Of a DNA stretch of 64,000 nucleotides, positions 37,805-50,900 are shown in pieces; positions within the stretch are counted from its first letter, which is position 1; each line of letters begins with the position of its first letter. The DNA is from Phoronis australis (taxonomy: Eukaryota > Animalia > Phoronida). The translations under genes were made by a program, and so were the position numbers. Under the pieces are notes generated by a model. It searched no databases. It was not told where the DNA came from and was given only the letters and a program-made list of their open reading frames with translations. The DNA lies in contig NMRA01000088.1 of NCBI GenBank assembly GCA_002633005.1, forward strand, positions 492,186 through 556,185. Direction: 5' to 3'.

Positions 37805-40783
37805 TTCTGTTTCCTTTGAACAACATCGGTGTTTTGAAAGACCATCACTTGGAAAGGGACAACTAACTTAGTTTGCCATGAAATTAGGACGTTCAGTGTG
37901 TTTCTATTTTCATTGAAATCGCAAAAGGAACAAAATGCTTTACGTAGATTTCAGTGAAAGCGTTACTCAAACAACAAATGTGAGTTGTAAGGTCCTACAT
38001 TCCAAGAAGCTTTTTAAGAAAACTACCACTTTTTCAAAAAAATACCAATCAGTTGCTCGAAATGCAAAATAATGCTTTATTAATTTACCAATGTCGTAAA
38101 ACAACGACTTCTTTAGGGCGTTTGGCAAACTATGTTGAATACCATTAAATTAACGGACAAACAGCGCCATTTCGGAAATCAAATTCATACAGAAATACAG
38201 TAATTCTTCAAATACATGCACTTAGCTCGCAATATGGCCGACAAGTGAAATTTTAGTTTGTTAAATTTCTCCACGGAAGTAAAAATTAAGAAAATTAAAT
38301 TTAATTACAAGCAGGGTTTGCAGTGTGTAGATGTCATAAAACAACATTTATTAAAGTTCCCATTTTTTGCAAAAAGGTAACAGGCCATTGAAAAATGAAA
38401 AAACGGGCCCTATGGCAATTATATTTGTGCGAAATAAGTGAAGAGTTACCGTAGAGAGACTTTTTGTGTGCTAAGTTGTCTTATCAAAAATTCTCGAAAA
38501 AAGTTTTACACAGTAACAAAGTGACATCATAGTACAACAAAAGTAGGATGAAACACTGTTTTTCTTTGTGATGGCCGATTTATTTTCGTGCACGCTATTG
38601 AAGTTAACTTCTTGAGAGATCGGCGAGATCACGCGAGGCCACCCAAAAACAAGCAAGTGAAGGCAGTGTTTTGCAAATTAGCCCAAGACCAATGAAATGA
38701 TTTATCGGCGAGGCTGGAACGTTGTATCATGAGAGAAAATTCGCGACCTCCATTTCATAAGCGACAATTTCCAAAGCCACAGCTCGGGCCTGTGTTCCTT
38801 CCGCCAAAAATGAAAAAAATGAAGTGTGCTAGGTTGATGGATATTATGTGGATTAAATTGGGAGCAGTTATCGCGAATGGTTTCTAACAATTCTTGTTGT
38901 TTTGAGAAAAAAGTGCACCCATTCATTTGGCTTTTGCTAGGTTTCTTACCCGGATCTGGAATCTCGACATTATGAAAACATTTTCTTTTCAGGATAAAAT
39001 GTTTGCTTCAAATACAGGTACGTTCTAGACAAATGGAAATTGGAACAAATCTGATTAGTAATTACATACTTAGCATAAATTTCTTGAAACTTGAGGTACA
39101 CGGCGTTTGAATTCTTATCTCCACTCTGGTACCGATGCAATCATGAATTTGTAATTTTGGGAAAAAATGACAAATTCGCATTTTTGGCATGTTATGACGT
39201 CGGTTTCATTACCTTAACGAATGTTAAACAGCATTACACTGTGCTACCTTTCGTAGCATTGCGAAGGAGCGTAGGTTAAGAATCTTTTTAAAATTCAGCA
39301 AATTTAAAAAAAACTAAATTTGTCTAAAGTCCGTTTCAACTGATAAAGAGATCTTAAGTTTGACTTAAGTTTTGACTATTTACCGAATGTGGAAGTTTCA
39401 AAGTTTGGAAGTTGAGACAAATCTTGGACTTTAATAAAAACGGGCCCCATTTGACAGGCAAGTGGCCGAAACAAAAGCTAGTTTTCGACGAAACGCGTGT
39501 TTTCAAAAGCTTTAAAAGCGTCTACAGGCAACGCATGTTTGAAACTCAGCACTCCATTTTAACAGTTTTCATGGGATTTGCACAATTAAGAAAACTAAAC
39601 GCGTTTCTACTGTACACGTTTACTTCAACGAGATAAATATCGTACAATAAAATTGCTCAAATAGAGAATAGATATCAAAACAAACAAAAACGCACAAGGT
39701 TACCAGCTGGCCATCCTTGCATACTCATCACATAGTGCACAAGACAGCAAGACGATGATAGAAGTTCATACACTCATTCCCGGCTAAAACCCTGTTCTAT
39801 GCAATTTCCCTAAACCACCGTACCCAACAGATGTCACTGGCGAGTAAAACAATAAGGAGAAACCGCCATGTTTTAATAGGTGATTCTGTGCACTGGTTCT
39901 CACTGAATCAGGAAAGTAGTATATCGAGTTCTACATGTACATGTACAAGTACGCCAGGAAATTTCAGCGACAACAGTGACACCTTTTGTTGCCTGTGTAC
40001 CATTTAATAACTAGCTAATAGCAAATAAATAAATAGGGAAACACGTGCAACGTGATTAAGTCCTGCCTTTTGTGCATACTCTTAATGAGATGAGCAATTC
40101 GACATTGAACAGAATAAAGTGACGTGGCTACATTTACGAAGTATACCGTAAAAAACTAAATGCACTGCTTTGCCAAGACACACCTGTGTGTGCAGTCGAA
40201 ACCTTAAATTAGAACAAACAGATACATAATGTACTGATCGGTAATACGTATAAAGTGTACATTTTTACCAACGGATACACTGGAACGCAGGCTTGTCATG
40301 AGTTGGGGTAAGATAATCAAAAGTGATTAAGTAGAAAATACCATGAAAACACCCTCGGTGATCACAGCAATCAATAAAAACAAGCATACAGGTGTGAGTG
40401 GCTATTTTTGACATACTGAACATCCTGCATTTGCCAGTGGCATTCGCTCACCTGAAATGCGGCATTACAGCGTGACCTACGTAATGTTGGTAAAGCCGCA
40501 GACGCAGCTTTTCACAGGTTGTTTCAGGCGATGTTTAATATAATAGATCAATTATTTGTCTGTACACGTAGTGTTGCAACAGGTTACAAGTGCCAACATC
40601 GTTTTTCCTAGGGATTATAATCAATGGAATAGACTTTTAGAAATTATTACCTTTGACCAGAGCTATAAAACAAAAAATCCGTCAGGGTTTTTGCGATTTT
40701 ACTACGAATCGTCAATTAGCCATTTGTGAAGAATAAGGCAGATGACTTTGCCCATTAAATACGCTTATAACCCTATCATTAAT

Positions 40784-40860
40784 GGGGTGAGATTCAGCTC
40801 ATCAAATAGAGTGTTTAGCTGTGACCGCGAAGGTTACTGGTTAGAATCCGCTCTGGGACT
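40784..40860 (+). pseudogene. Degenerate tRNA-like sequence (pseudo-tRNA or SINE head)
   Basis: A-box-like AGCTCA..AATAGAG, loop CTGTGAC and B-box-like GGTTAGAATCC at tRNA spacing. The stems pair poorly. Confidence 0.4.
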
Positions 40861-41671
40861 GTTCTCAGAAAATTACATTTCTCGCCAATAATGTCACTTT
40901 TAGGATCTGGACAATTGACCTGTTTTATTATACAACGTCTGCAATGACCTGTGAAAGGCAGTAACTGCGACTTACACATTAAGTAGTGCAGGCCGTATTG
41001 TCCTGACTAGGTAGTTTTGCTAGTTGATAACCGACATTACTAACATGAAGGTAAAATCGTGGGAACAAATTGCTCGAATCAACGCTGCTTTTTTACACAT
41101 TACAAAATCCCAGATAACTTTATCACATTGCGCTATTCCTCTCAGACTGCGGAATCGCTGATGAGACCAACGCTATAAGGTTTCTTTTGCGGCCAATCGT
41201 CGGACGCCAGGGCGTAGTCATCACGGCCGAAAGCACGTGTCTTCAAACCCGATGTTGTAGAGCGAAGCATTGCAGCTCAAGTAAAATTGACCCTAGACCG
41301 TATTCGGACTCAATGACCATCTTTCAGGTAATCCATTTTAATGAAATGCGTGCATGATCATCTAAGCAATCTGTCGGAGATGGATAGGTCTCAAAGGAGC
41401 AGTTCAAAAACGCACAAAAGAATTGAGAGTTCACTGTAAGTTAACCTGGTTGGGTCATGCCACTGATTCTTGAACGTTTTTGAGGTCATACCAGGTTGAA
41501 CGGTAAAAATTTCTGAGCAATTTAAGCTCCACTATTGAGATTGCCAAAAGAGAAGATCGATGCGACTTCTCGATACACTCGCCACCTAGTGTTAAGTGCC
41601 ACTTCCACACCAAAACAGGAACCACCTCTGTCAAGAAACTGTTTATACAAACACAAAACAGCTAAAACCCT

Positions 41672-41938
41672 GGTCCTATTTCACGAAAAGTGACTTAATG
41701 CTGAAGTCAGAAATGTTGTCTCAGTTCCAGACGACTATTTCAAAAAACAATTCAATCACAATTTAGCAAACTACAACATCTATGAGAATAAACATAAATT
41801 GCTAAACAATCAGATATTTTGAATAAATTATTGCTTAACTGTGACACACCGCAAAAATGTCATTCAGTAATTAGAAAAAATGGAAGCGTAAAACAAAATT
41901 TCAGACTAAGTTTTAAGCCACTTTTCATGAAAAGGTCC
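41672..41938. mobile_element. PIF/Harbinger-like MITE
   Basis: TIR GGTCCTATTTCACGAAAAGTGACTTAA versus reverse complement of the right end GGACCTTTTCATGAAAAGTGGCTTAA. Confidence 0.65.
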
Positions 41939-42937
41939 CTTTTTAATATATTATTGAGCTATTGGGTTAACGCAGACACACTTCGAAATTGTAATAGTAC
42001 GCTGCTTAAATAACCTACAGGTGCGAAACCGTGGATTTTGATTCAAGACGCCGCATTCTTCCATAGTTTTCGTTCTGGGAGAGTGTCTTGCATAAGTGTT
42101 ATTAACATTAATATTATTCCAGTGGCGCTTACATGTATCATATCCGATTTCAAAGTCACAACCGTTTTCCAACTGTTTAAAATCAAAGTAAGCAGAAGAC
42201 CATTCGCAAAATAATGAAGAATTAGGGTTATCGTGAGTTTACTAGAAGTTACCAGATCTCCAAATGGGAGCCTCGAGATTCACAAGGTAGCGTTACCGAG
42301 GCAGCCATCTTACCTCTACAGATATAAAGGAATTCGAACTGTTACGTGGTGACCTTTAACCCAACAACGTCACCGCGATAATGAGCAGTTTTCTGCCCTC
42401 ATTCTAATCAGACGACCCCTTCCTCATTAGCACAACGTGGTGAATATCGAGTCACCCATTGGCTGCATTCATAAACCAAAAACGGTAACACCAACTAAAT
42501 TCGTGCGACAAATATTAAGCAAACGACTAAACAAAACAGACAGGTATTTCGAACAAAGTGTTTAGGTCTGGCAGTCGTGATGGGATTAAATTCAAATCAC
42601 GACATCTTAACAGCCACTGACTTGGTATTCAACAGCGGGGTCAAACGCAAAGTTGTTAGCAACCGGGAAAGCTGAAACAAGTGGCAACCTGGGGGCACTT
42701 TGTAATTAACAGGAAGAGGGCGGGGGAGGAGAAACGAAAAGTTGAAATGAGTTTGTACCTGGGAAAAGCCTTTTTGCAATGAACAGGTGTTTATGGTCCC
42801 ATTGTGCCCCCNCCCCCCCCCCAACGTGGCTAATCCAGTGCAAACAGCACCCTGAAAGACACGTAAAAACAAATCCTTAAGATTTGCATCACTCTTCTTG
42901 TAAGTAACGTGCATGCCGACGATTTCGAAAGTCTATC

Positions 42938-43198
42938 TATAGGCGCACCCAGGGGGGAGGGGGGAGCCCCCTAATTTGGCGAATTGGTAAAAAAAATCCG
43001 CCTCAGTGAAACAAAAAATCCGAGTAAACGAGACAAAAGTCAACACAAAGTCCACAGGAATTCGGCGCAGATGCACGATTGGCAGGCCTGAACCTACTGG
43101 CCCCGTTTTTAGTCCTCGCTGATATCTCTCAGCAAAAGGTCCGCATGCCAGGTGGAAGAATTCGAGCCCCCCTATATTTTAGGCTGGGTGCGCGCATG
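42938..43198 (+). mobile_element. MITE family B with 5-bp TSD
   Basis: CTATC|TATAGGCGCACCCAG ... CTGGGTGCGCGCATG|CTATC. Inverse copy of 16873-17131. Confidence 0.8.
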
Positions 43199-44625
43199 CT
43201 ATCGCATCTCTTCAGAAAAGCACACGCCAAAAATAATCAGACGAAATAACTTGGGCCGATTTCCCGTCATGGCGACCGAGTGGAAGGGGAATAGCTAGTC
43301 ATGACGGCTGTGTGCAAGCAAGAGAGAGTTCACCATCAGAGCCGCTAGAATGACACGTCATGACGGGGAAACCGTATGCTATTTTAGGCGTGTGCTGAAC
43401 ATTTGCATGTCTATGCATTTCATCATGTAGTATTGCAAAGATGACGGTAAGTGCTTCAATTCTTAAACAACTTGAAAAAAAAAACAGAATAGTTAAAAAA
43501 ATAGACAACTAAACGAAGAGCAAACAAAAATATGAGTACAAGAGCAGGAAACAAGCACTGCATTTGCAACGCAAAGTTTTGGTCATGAGATTGATTAGCT
43601 TATTTCCAACATGCAAATTTCACTACAAGCTCACGACTGTTTTCGTATTGCACCTGCACACGGGGATGTAACGTTCCTTGACCCCTAACAACTGACGATA
43701 GCGACAGTGAGATCATGCGCTTCGTTAGTTACTGACCTTTAACGGATGCTAGAATAGAGATTTGTAAGATATCATTACCCTCTGTCATAACGCTACAAGG
43801 TGAGTCTAGGTGAAAAGATGATAGCCAACTCGAGGAAATCCGGCTGTGAGATCAGTGCGCATGCCTCCGTCTGGATTTTTTTTTCATGAACGTGTGGTCC
43901 CGGAATGAGGCATTAAGTATTCTGAATCGTTTTCCTGTTTTATTTCACACTTTGCTATCTTGAGTGTGTCACAAAACACGAACAAGTGTGGAATGAATCG
44001 ATTTAGCCTGTTCTTGTTGTTGCAGCAACGATAAGTCAATGCAGTGCACTTAAGCATTTCTCAAAAATCAACAAATCGGAATGTCCGAATGTTATTTTTG
44101 AACAAGTCGGAATGTCCGTATGTTACATCAGTAATTCTGACGATCAATGAAAAGCCATGTCACATTGATCCTTCTACAATGAAAGAGTGTAAGATATCAT
44201 CTCTTCTCGCCACCTGTCGGTAAAAATGTAAATGTTTTATCAAATTTCCCATTAGCCATTTGGCAGGTGACGTCACCCTCTATTTGTAAATAGCCTGATA
44301 CAATGATATCTCCCGGTGATGCAAGACACGTAAGAAAAGGCCTAATAGAATGCGACGATATTTTGAATGTTGAGCTCTCAAAATGACGTCACGTGTATTT
44401 TTATCAACAACCAGCCTCATACGATGATGCCATACTGACTGTAATGTTAACGAGTCGCTTTTGGAGGGTATATCAGCAAATTGCTGCTTATTAGATCATG
44501 CTTATAAAGAAAGACGGAGTACAGTGTAAACTGCAGCAATTTAGCAAACAATGACACGCGGGAACAGGAACCAGTCCAGCGACTGGAGTATTACAGTTTG
44601 GTGGAAGGTACTGGAAAACGTAACC

Positions 44626-44834
44626 AAATTCAGAATAGTAATAAACAATACGCTGGTAATGACCGAGGATCTTACCGGAATTTATATGGACCAGGGCCCC
44701 TAACCACCAAAGTTTGCTCAGACCATTAAATTCAGAATAGTAATAAACAATACGCTGGTAATGACCGACGATCTTACCGAAATTTATATGGGCCAGGGCC
44801 CCTAACCACCATAGTTTGCCCAGACCATTAAATT
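44626..44834. repeat. 102-bp tandem duplication (2 copies)
   Basis: AAATTCAGAATAGTAATAAACAATACGCTGG...CAGACCATT at 44626 and 44728, with few substitutions. Confidence 0.95.
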
Positions 44835-45874
44835 ACTCAGAAATTTACTGTTAACAGTAATTACTAAAGTAGTACTCGAGAAATGGAGACCACCAAAACG
44901 TTACCCAAGTCCCTTAAGACGTACTCAGGCTCGAGAACTATTCTCGAGTTGCCGTACAAGTCTTTTCCGAGACAAAACAAGAGAAATAAACTTTAAGCGC
45001 AGTTTGAAACCTAGCGTTCCCCAAAATATGCCACCTGACACGTGATGGCGTAACGCCGATATTGTTATCAACCAAAGGCGGACCTAGCTTTTTGCTAATG
45101 GCGAGGTTCAAGTAAAACGTTAGGTTTCTGAAGAGAATTTAATATCACAAACTTTTAGTAGAAAACCGGTAATGGCATCCTGAGCCATGATCCCGGCACC
45201 TAGCGATCTATAGAGTTGGAAAAATTAAAATTCCCGTGGTTTTTCAGTTGTTCGCCGTTCTGACTAAAAGGGGTCTGCCCACCTTGCGCCCCTCCCTAGG
45301 ATCAACTTGTGTATAAAATTTGCCAAGGTTTCGCAACTGCACTGTACAACTTCTAATATCAAGGTCTTTCCAACACTTTCACAGCCAAGTCATATGCAAA
45401 TAAGAGGTATTGATCAGTGATACAGGCATGAATAAACAAATTTTAGTACGACAGATTTTGGGATCGTTAGCAACGCGGTGGTGTTGGGAATGCACATCAG
45501 CCTCGCTGTTGACACTTGCACCGTAACTATCCAACAGCATTTTTCAAAGGTAGATCCTTACGAGATTGAGGCCTCCATCCACATAAAGTTTCGGTGGAAG
45601 AACAGTCAATTTAAACGCATTCATCATTTGGTTCCAATGCTTCGCTGTATTGAAAACGTTTCACCAAGCTTCAAATTATGCGAATCAAATGAGATGTCGA
45701 AAATACAACCGCAGAATCTCCGAATAAGCCACACCACTTTGTCAGCTCATGATTAGATTAACTCAAAGCTTGTGCGTCGAATGAAAGAATACTGCAACTA
45801 GCATCCTGCTTGACACAAGGCTCTCGCATTGTTTCTTGTGATTACCCGTGATGCAGTTGTCTGTGCAGCCATTA

Positions 45875-46051
45875 TCACGCGCACGTATTTTGAGGCAGAA
45901 GACGTTTGTATATCTGAGAGTTTAAAAACCGAGGATATGAATCCCTGTGCATTAAAGTGTATATTTGCAGTTGAGCTTCGTCGAACGTCGTGTGGCTAGG
46001 TTCAACCATGTTTAAATTAATTAACTCTCGTACTCTCGAATCTAAGCTTAC
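45875..46051 (-). CDS. RGS17/19/20: RZ-family regulator of G-protein signalling, terminal exon
   Basis: tttttcag acceptor. Encodes VSLDSRVRELINLNMVEPSHTTFDEAQLQIYTLMHRDSYPRFLNSQIYKRLLPQNTCA*, the RZ-type RGS box C-terminus. Confidence 0.97.
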   Translation of the reverse strand, partial: VSLDSRVRELINLNMVEPSHTTFDEAQLQIYTLMHRDSYPRFLNSQIYKRLLPQNTCA

Positions 46052-46816
46052 CTGAAAAACAATAATGAAAACATGAATTAAAATAGTACAAATTGTTCAA
46101 ACGATATTTGAATAAACGTATCCTCCCTCGCAATTTTTTTTGATACACCACATTGCAGTCTATTTATTACTTTAATGGACACTTGAATGTTTGAACTCCT
46201 AGTGTGTCCGTCGGTCACCAAGAGGAATTATAATCAATCGGAACACCTCGAAAGTGTTTGTACATTCAAGCTTTCTGTCGGAGGCGAACGTTACCTGCGC
46301 ATGTGCGCAGTTCAGTCATAGGACTGATCATTCCCCAATTTCAAAGTTAATGACTTGCCACAAGACTGAAGTCCGCACATTCGCAGATACAATAAGGTTC
46401 ACCTGTCCGAGGAAAAATTTGGTGCTACGAAATTAACCGAGGTGTTCTGAATGGCAATACAATGATACATAAAAAGACGGCCATATTTTGAGACTGGTTA
46501 TGTCTTATCTTCATGCAGAAATAAAATTTAGTCTGGTCTCGTTTTATGTCTGCCTGAAGATGTTGCATGACCTGTCTGGAAATAGTTGCTTTCTATGTAT
46601 CATTATGATGTACATGTCCTCTATTCGTGCTCTTTAGAGTCAAAAAGAGGTTCATGTACTAACTAACCAGACGTTTTCAGATGGAAATGAGCCCGACCGA
46701 TAACGCACTTGGTTAAGCCAGGTTCTTCCCGGAGTCTCCGTTAGCTTTATGCATTTTGAATTGTATTTGTGAATTAAGTGTATACGTGTAGCTACTTCTA
46801 CTACTACGATAAAACC

Positions 46817-46966
46817 AGCCTCCCGTTCAGTAACGCTAGGATATCGCTAAAAAGCAAGACTTCACGAGATTATTTGAGATACTGCGGTGTATTTCAAATG
46901 AGAACACCGACGTGACTTTGGCTAGATTTTAGCTAGGTCCTAGGGTTCCTGAACACACGCCAGGCT
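46817..46966 (+). mobile_element. Short TIR element in the last RGS intron
   Basis: AGCCTCCCGTTCAGTAACGCTAGG ... CCTAGGGTTCCTGAAC...AGGCT. Homologous to 29581-29728. Confidence 0.7.
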
Positions 46967-47318
46967 TCCGGCGTCAAAGAAAGTATCTTAGATTTAGTCC
47001 ATTTACCACTAACAGTACCCAAATGTTTACGAAGTGGCTTCTGGGGGTTCTTCGTTGCTTGATGCGATGCTCGGTGATTTAAATGATCCGCCGCGAAACG
47101 CCTAATTGTAGATCCTAGTCTAAAGCAATGTCGAACTCGCTCAGTTCTCTCCAAGCACAGAAATCCCCGATATTTGACTAAGGAACAACTTGAGGCGAAC
47201 TTCATGAAGGTATACGGCATAAATCAAAGTAATTGCAATTTCGCCATATTTTACTGCGCTGCTGACACACAGGAAAAGTTATTCGTGTAACTTACAACAC
47301 CTGGACTAAAAATCTTAC

Positions 47319-47485
47319 TTCTTTGGGTGAGAGTATTGATATATAATCTTCGTATATTAGTCGAGCTTTTTCTTCCACCGATTCACCATTCTCCATTCTT
47401 TTCAAATCTTCACAGGCTAGCCAAAATAGCATATTTTCTTCGCTATATTCACCCCGAAGGAACTCCCTAAATATTTTGCGACCGG
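47319..47485 (-). CDS. RGS17/19/20: RZ-family RGS, RGS-box exon (167 bp)
   Basis: ttcag|CC ... GAA|gtaaga. Encodes (A)GRKIFREFLRGEYSEENMLFWLACEDLKRMENGESVEEKARLIYEDYISILSPKE. Confidence 0.97.
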
Positions 47486-50004
47486 CTGAAAAGTAAACAC
47501 AAAATCATGATGACATTTTAATCACGAAGATACGAGATCTAGTTGCTGAACTCGTGCTCAGACTCAAGATCAAGGTATTGTACAGCTAAAACTCTGTCCT
47601 CACTGTGTCACAAAATGAATTTTGTGCGTTTCGAGACGCACAGCCTTTCCCCATACTCGTCCACACACTTACTCGATGCGTCAGTCACGTTTCGACTTAG
47701 CAGATTTTGTCAGGCATTGTCGAACTTGGATCAAACTTTTGAGGACACACGAAGGTCGTCAGAGCTTACGAAAATAACTAAACTACAGATTTAGAATCCC
47801 TTTTTACCTATCATGTCGGAATCAAGAACAAATTTGTAAGGTTATTGGAAGCGTGCCATGCAAGGGTCAATGTTGGAGCCGAGTTTCGAGTACATAGAAG
47901 AGACTTGGGACTCAGGAGTATTTTTCATGAAAAGCATCTTAGGAATTTTTTGTTAACCATTCCATACAGCCATTTCCGAAAAATATTTTCATTTCACGTC
48001 AGCAAAGTGCCATGCCTTCGAGAATAAAATACCCATAATTGCATGCTAATTAGAGAATCACTGTACAGTACTGCTTGACTGTGATGTATTAACGATTACA
48101 TCATGACAACGATACTATTCCGAATATTAGGGAAGTGGGAGGTAAGGACAGTTGTTCACCTTAATTTTAAGTCACGTTTCAAGAAACAGACGTACTTCGG
48201 AGTAATTTCGGAAAGGTGAAAGGATCTATCGTAAAAAGGTGTCACCAAGCGCGGACGACACCATATACCGACGACAAAAAAATTACCAACGGAAAACTAG
48301 GTAGCAAGTTCTTCGCGTAGATATTGGTAGATAGGCGTATCCATTGTTCACTTTGTTTTTCTTTCTTATATTAAAGATAATGGTTAGCACTGATCGGCAT
48401 TGTTACATAAAACAAAGACGCAATAAAGGAAAACAATGGTAGCGTCCCATTGGCGACGCAAAGCGCTTGCACGTAATATGGATCTCGCAAGTTGAACAAT
48501 AGCTTGCGACCTCCATACGACATCATTTGGCATGGGAGTGGCCCATACCACATATTGATGGTCTTTGTCAATTGCATTGTGTTTGATAGCGAAACTTCAT
48601 CCTTGCTTAGGACTTCATTTGTTTTTTTTCTCGACATCGTGAACAGGGTGATTAACAAAACCTTGCCCACTGGACTCGTCAGCATTGAGCGCCTAGTGTT
48701 AAAAGTTTGGTACGCTGATTTTAAAACAATTATATATGCGTATTGCCTGGGTCTGATTTTAACAAATCAAAAATCCATTGCTCTTTAAAGCTTGTCTTCA
48801 AAGGTAACACCTATAAACTTGGTTCCTGCAGTATGTTAGGGGCATCGCTCTGAGCTCACTGGTGACATAAATTGCCAAACGTAACGAATTGCTAGGCGTA
48901 TTGGCTTGCTTTTGTCTACGTCACCGCGAGAATCACCTTTTAATTCAAACAGCTACGAATAACACGCACACGCAATGGAGTTCTATTCAGACCCCTATTC
49001 AATACAACTGTTATCGGCCTTTTGTTGTTTGTGCCGGGATCTCGCGGTGACGCAACATGGCACGAAAAGGCAGCTTCACCTACAGTTATATCAGTTCACT
49101 GGCTTCCATTTGCATGATTGAACTCGCGTTTTCTTATTTTACTAAGGCTTTGCTACGACTCTCTGGTTAGCCCAATGCATGTAAAATGACAACGTTCCCT
49201 CGAAGTTAGGCTTTAAATTCCAAACCTGTCAGTTGATAACGCATCCGGGTAACTCGTTTGCGCGCCAGGGCTAACCTGGGCCTGTGTGGCTTGTAATAAC
49301 GCGTCATTCGCCACTTCTAGTGAAGGTGTGCGCAGCATGTCGCTTTTCTATCTTCCGTTTGATTGCAATGCTCCAGTTTTAAACTTTTGATTTTATCAGC
49401 CTCAAATTCTGATATCTGCAGCTTGCCGTTTTTCGTTTTTATTTACCTATAGTTCTGATTGGCCCGAATCGGTGGCTAAATGCCAAATTCAATTACCCGA
49501 CCAATGACAGTGAACTAATATTCAAAGAGACATAATTACAAGACACCACTTGCACGAATTCGCCATTTTAATTGAAAACGATGTGTTGTGTCCAAACTAT
49601 TAATGTTTCTGCATGTTTGGAACACGCGCGCTTTCACGTTTGCCTTCTTAAAATTGATGCTAAAACGGGACATTGTGCCTAAACAACAACGTACAACAAT
49701 CATTTTCTGCAGCGCCACCAAAGTGTGGAAGTTGTAAACGAGTTCATCACTGTTAGCTGAATATTATTTCAGGCCTGATCGGATTTCCATGATTGGTTCA
49801 AAAAAGAAATGCTAAACAGGTGGAAAGCAGTCTCTAAACCTGTCAGAAGCAGTCCCATCTTCCTCACCAAACATGTAAGTCAGCAAGACATCAGATGACA
49901 CAGATTTCCCTGCTGTTGCAAGATTCTGAACAAAGTTCACGTATAATTATATGAAAGGCCAAAGTCGCTGTATTTAAGTAAGAGTGTCATGCTTAACTAT
50001 TGAC

Positions 50005-50900
50005 TTTCATCGAGGTCAATGTGTAGCTTTTCAGACTCAGACTCCGTCCAGGTCATGATCATTAATTTTGAAGTCTGAAAAGAAACATATTGACCGAGCG
50101 AGAAAGTGATGATATTTGTTGTATTACGTGATTGAACCAGCTAAGTAATTCATATATGGAGGCTATTCTTTGGCTTTTCATTGCATCTCCATCACCCGTT
50201 CAGTCAGTCACCATAAAGTGCCAACTTCGTAACTATCGAAAAACACCAAGAAACAACACAACCAGTCGATCAGCTGTCAAACTGACACACTGGCAAACAT
50301 AGTGTGACGATATGTTAATTAACTGATCTCGAACTTGGTTGATACATATTACGTAGAATCCGGACAACCAGTCACAGCATTAGATTGTGTTTGTAGCGAT
50401 AAGTCGTTTGAAATTACTCCTCGTTTTACCATGGTTTGTGGGATATAATAAAGAATATGGAGGTGTTGCGTTTGTGGTGGTTGTGACAACGCGGTATTTG
50501 ACCATGTGATTTTTTCACTTCCTCGCGGGATATCAGAGAAGCGCGGATACAGACCTAATTCACGCGGCGGATATTAAAATCCAAAGCGAGGCTCACTGCG
50601 ATAAGACAAAGCGGAAGTTGACATTGCGTGAGTTAAATGGCCGGTCTTTCGAGTCTAACCCGGATGTTAGATCTTAAAATTGTGTCGATAATTAACCACA
50701 GAGACGTAGAAAAATACATTAGAGAAGGAAGTAGTCAATGCACCAAAGAGTTGTGTGACGAAAGGGTATAACTTTTTTCCGAAACTAGTTTCGAAACATG
50801 AAAAGTAAATAATATGACCAAATCGCAACGATCCTAGTATTACGGATTAGGTATTATGCTGAATGCAGGGTTACGTTTCTTCTTGTAAATTGTTGATAAA
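50005..50900 (+). mobile_element. Probable Crypton (tyrosine recombinase, DUF3504-like) relic with terminal hairpin
   Basis: Imperfect hairpin at about 50012-50107 (actttcatcgaggtcaat.tgt...ttttcagact / agtctgaaaa...acatattgaccga...gaaagt). It is followed by broken coding fragments DVEKYIREGSSQCTK, RYYAECR and QGYVSS, reminiscent of the CryptonA recombinase N-terminus. Confidence 0.4.

Noticed and set aside
42133-42172. Possible extra - strand exon (aaacag|TTGG...ACAT|gtaagc)
   Set aside because: It lies downstream of the RGS stop codon, has a weak polypyrimidine tract, and no partner exon was identified.
45875-45890. C-terminal NTCA of RGS as a prenylation signal
   Set aside because: Cys is at position -2, which does not fit a CaaX, CC or CxC motif.
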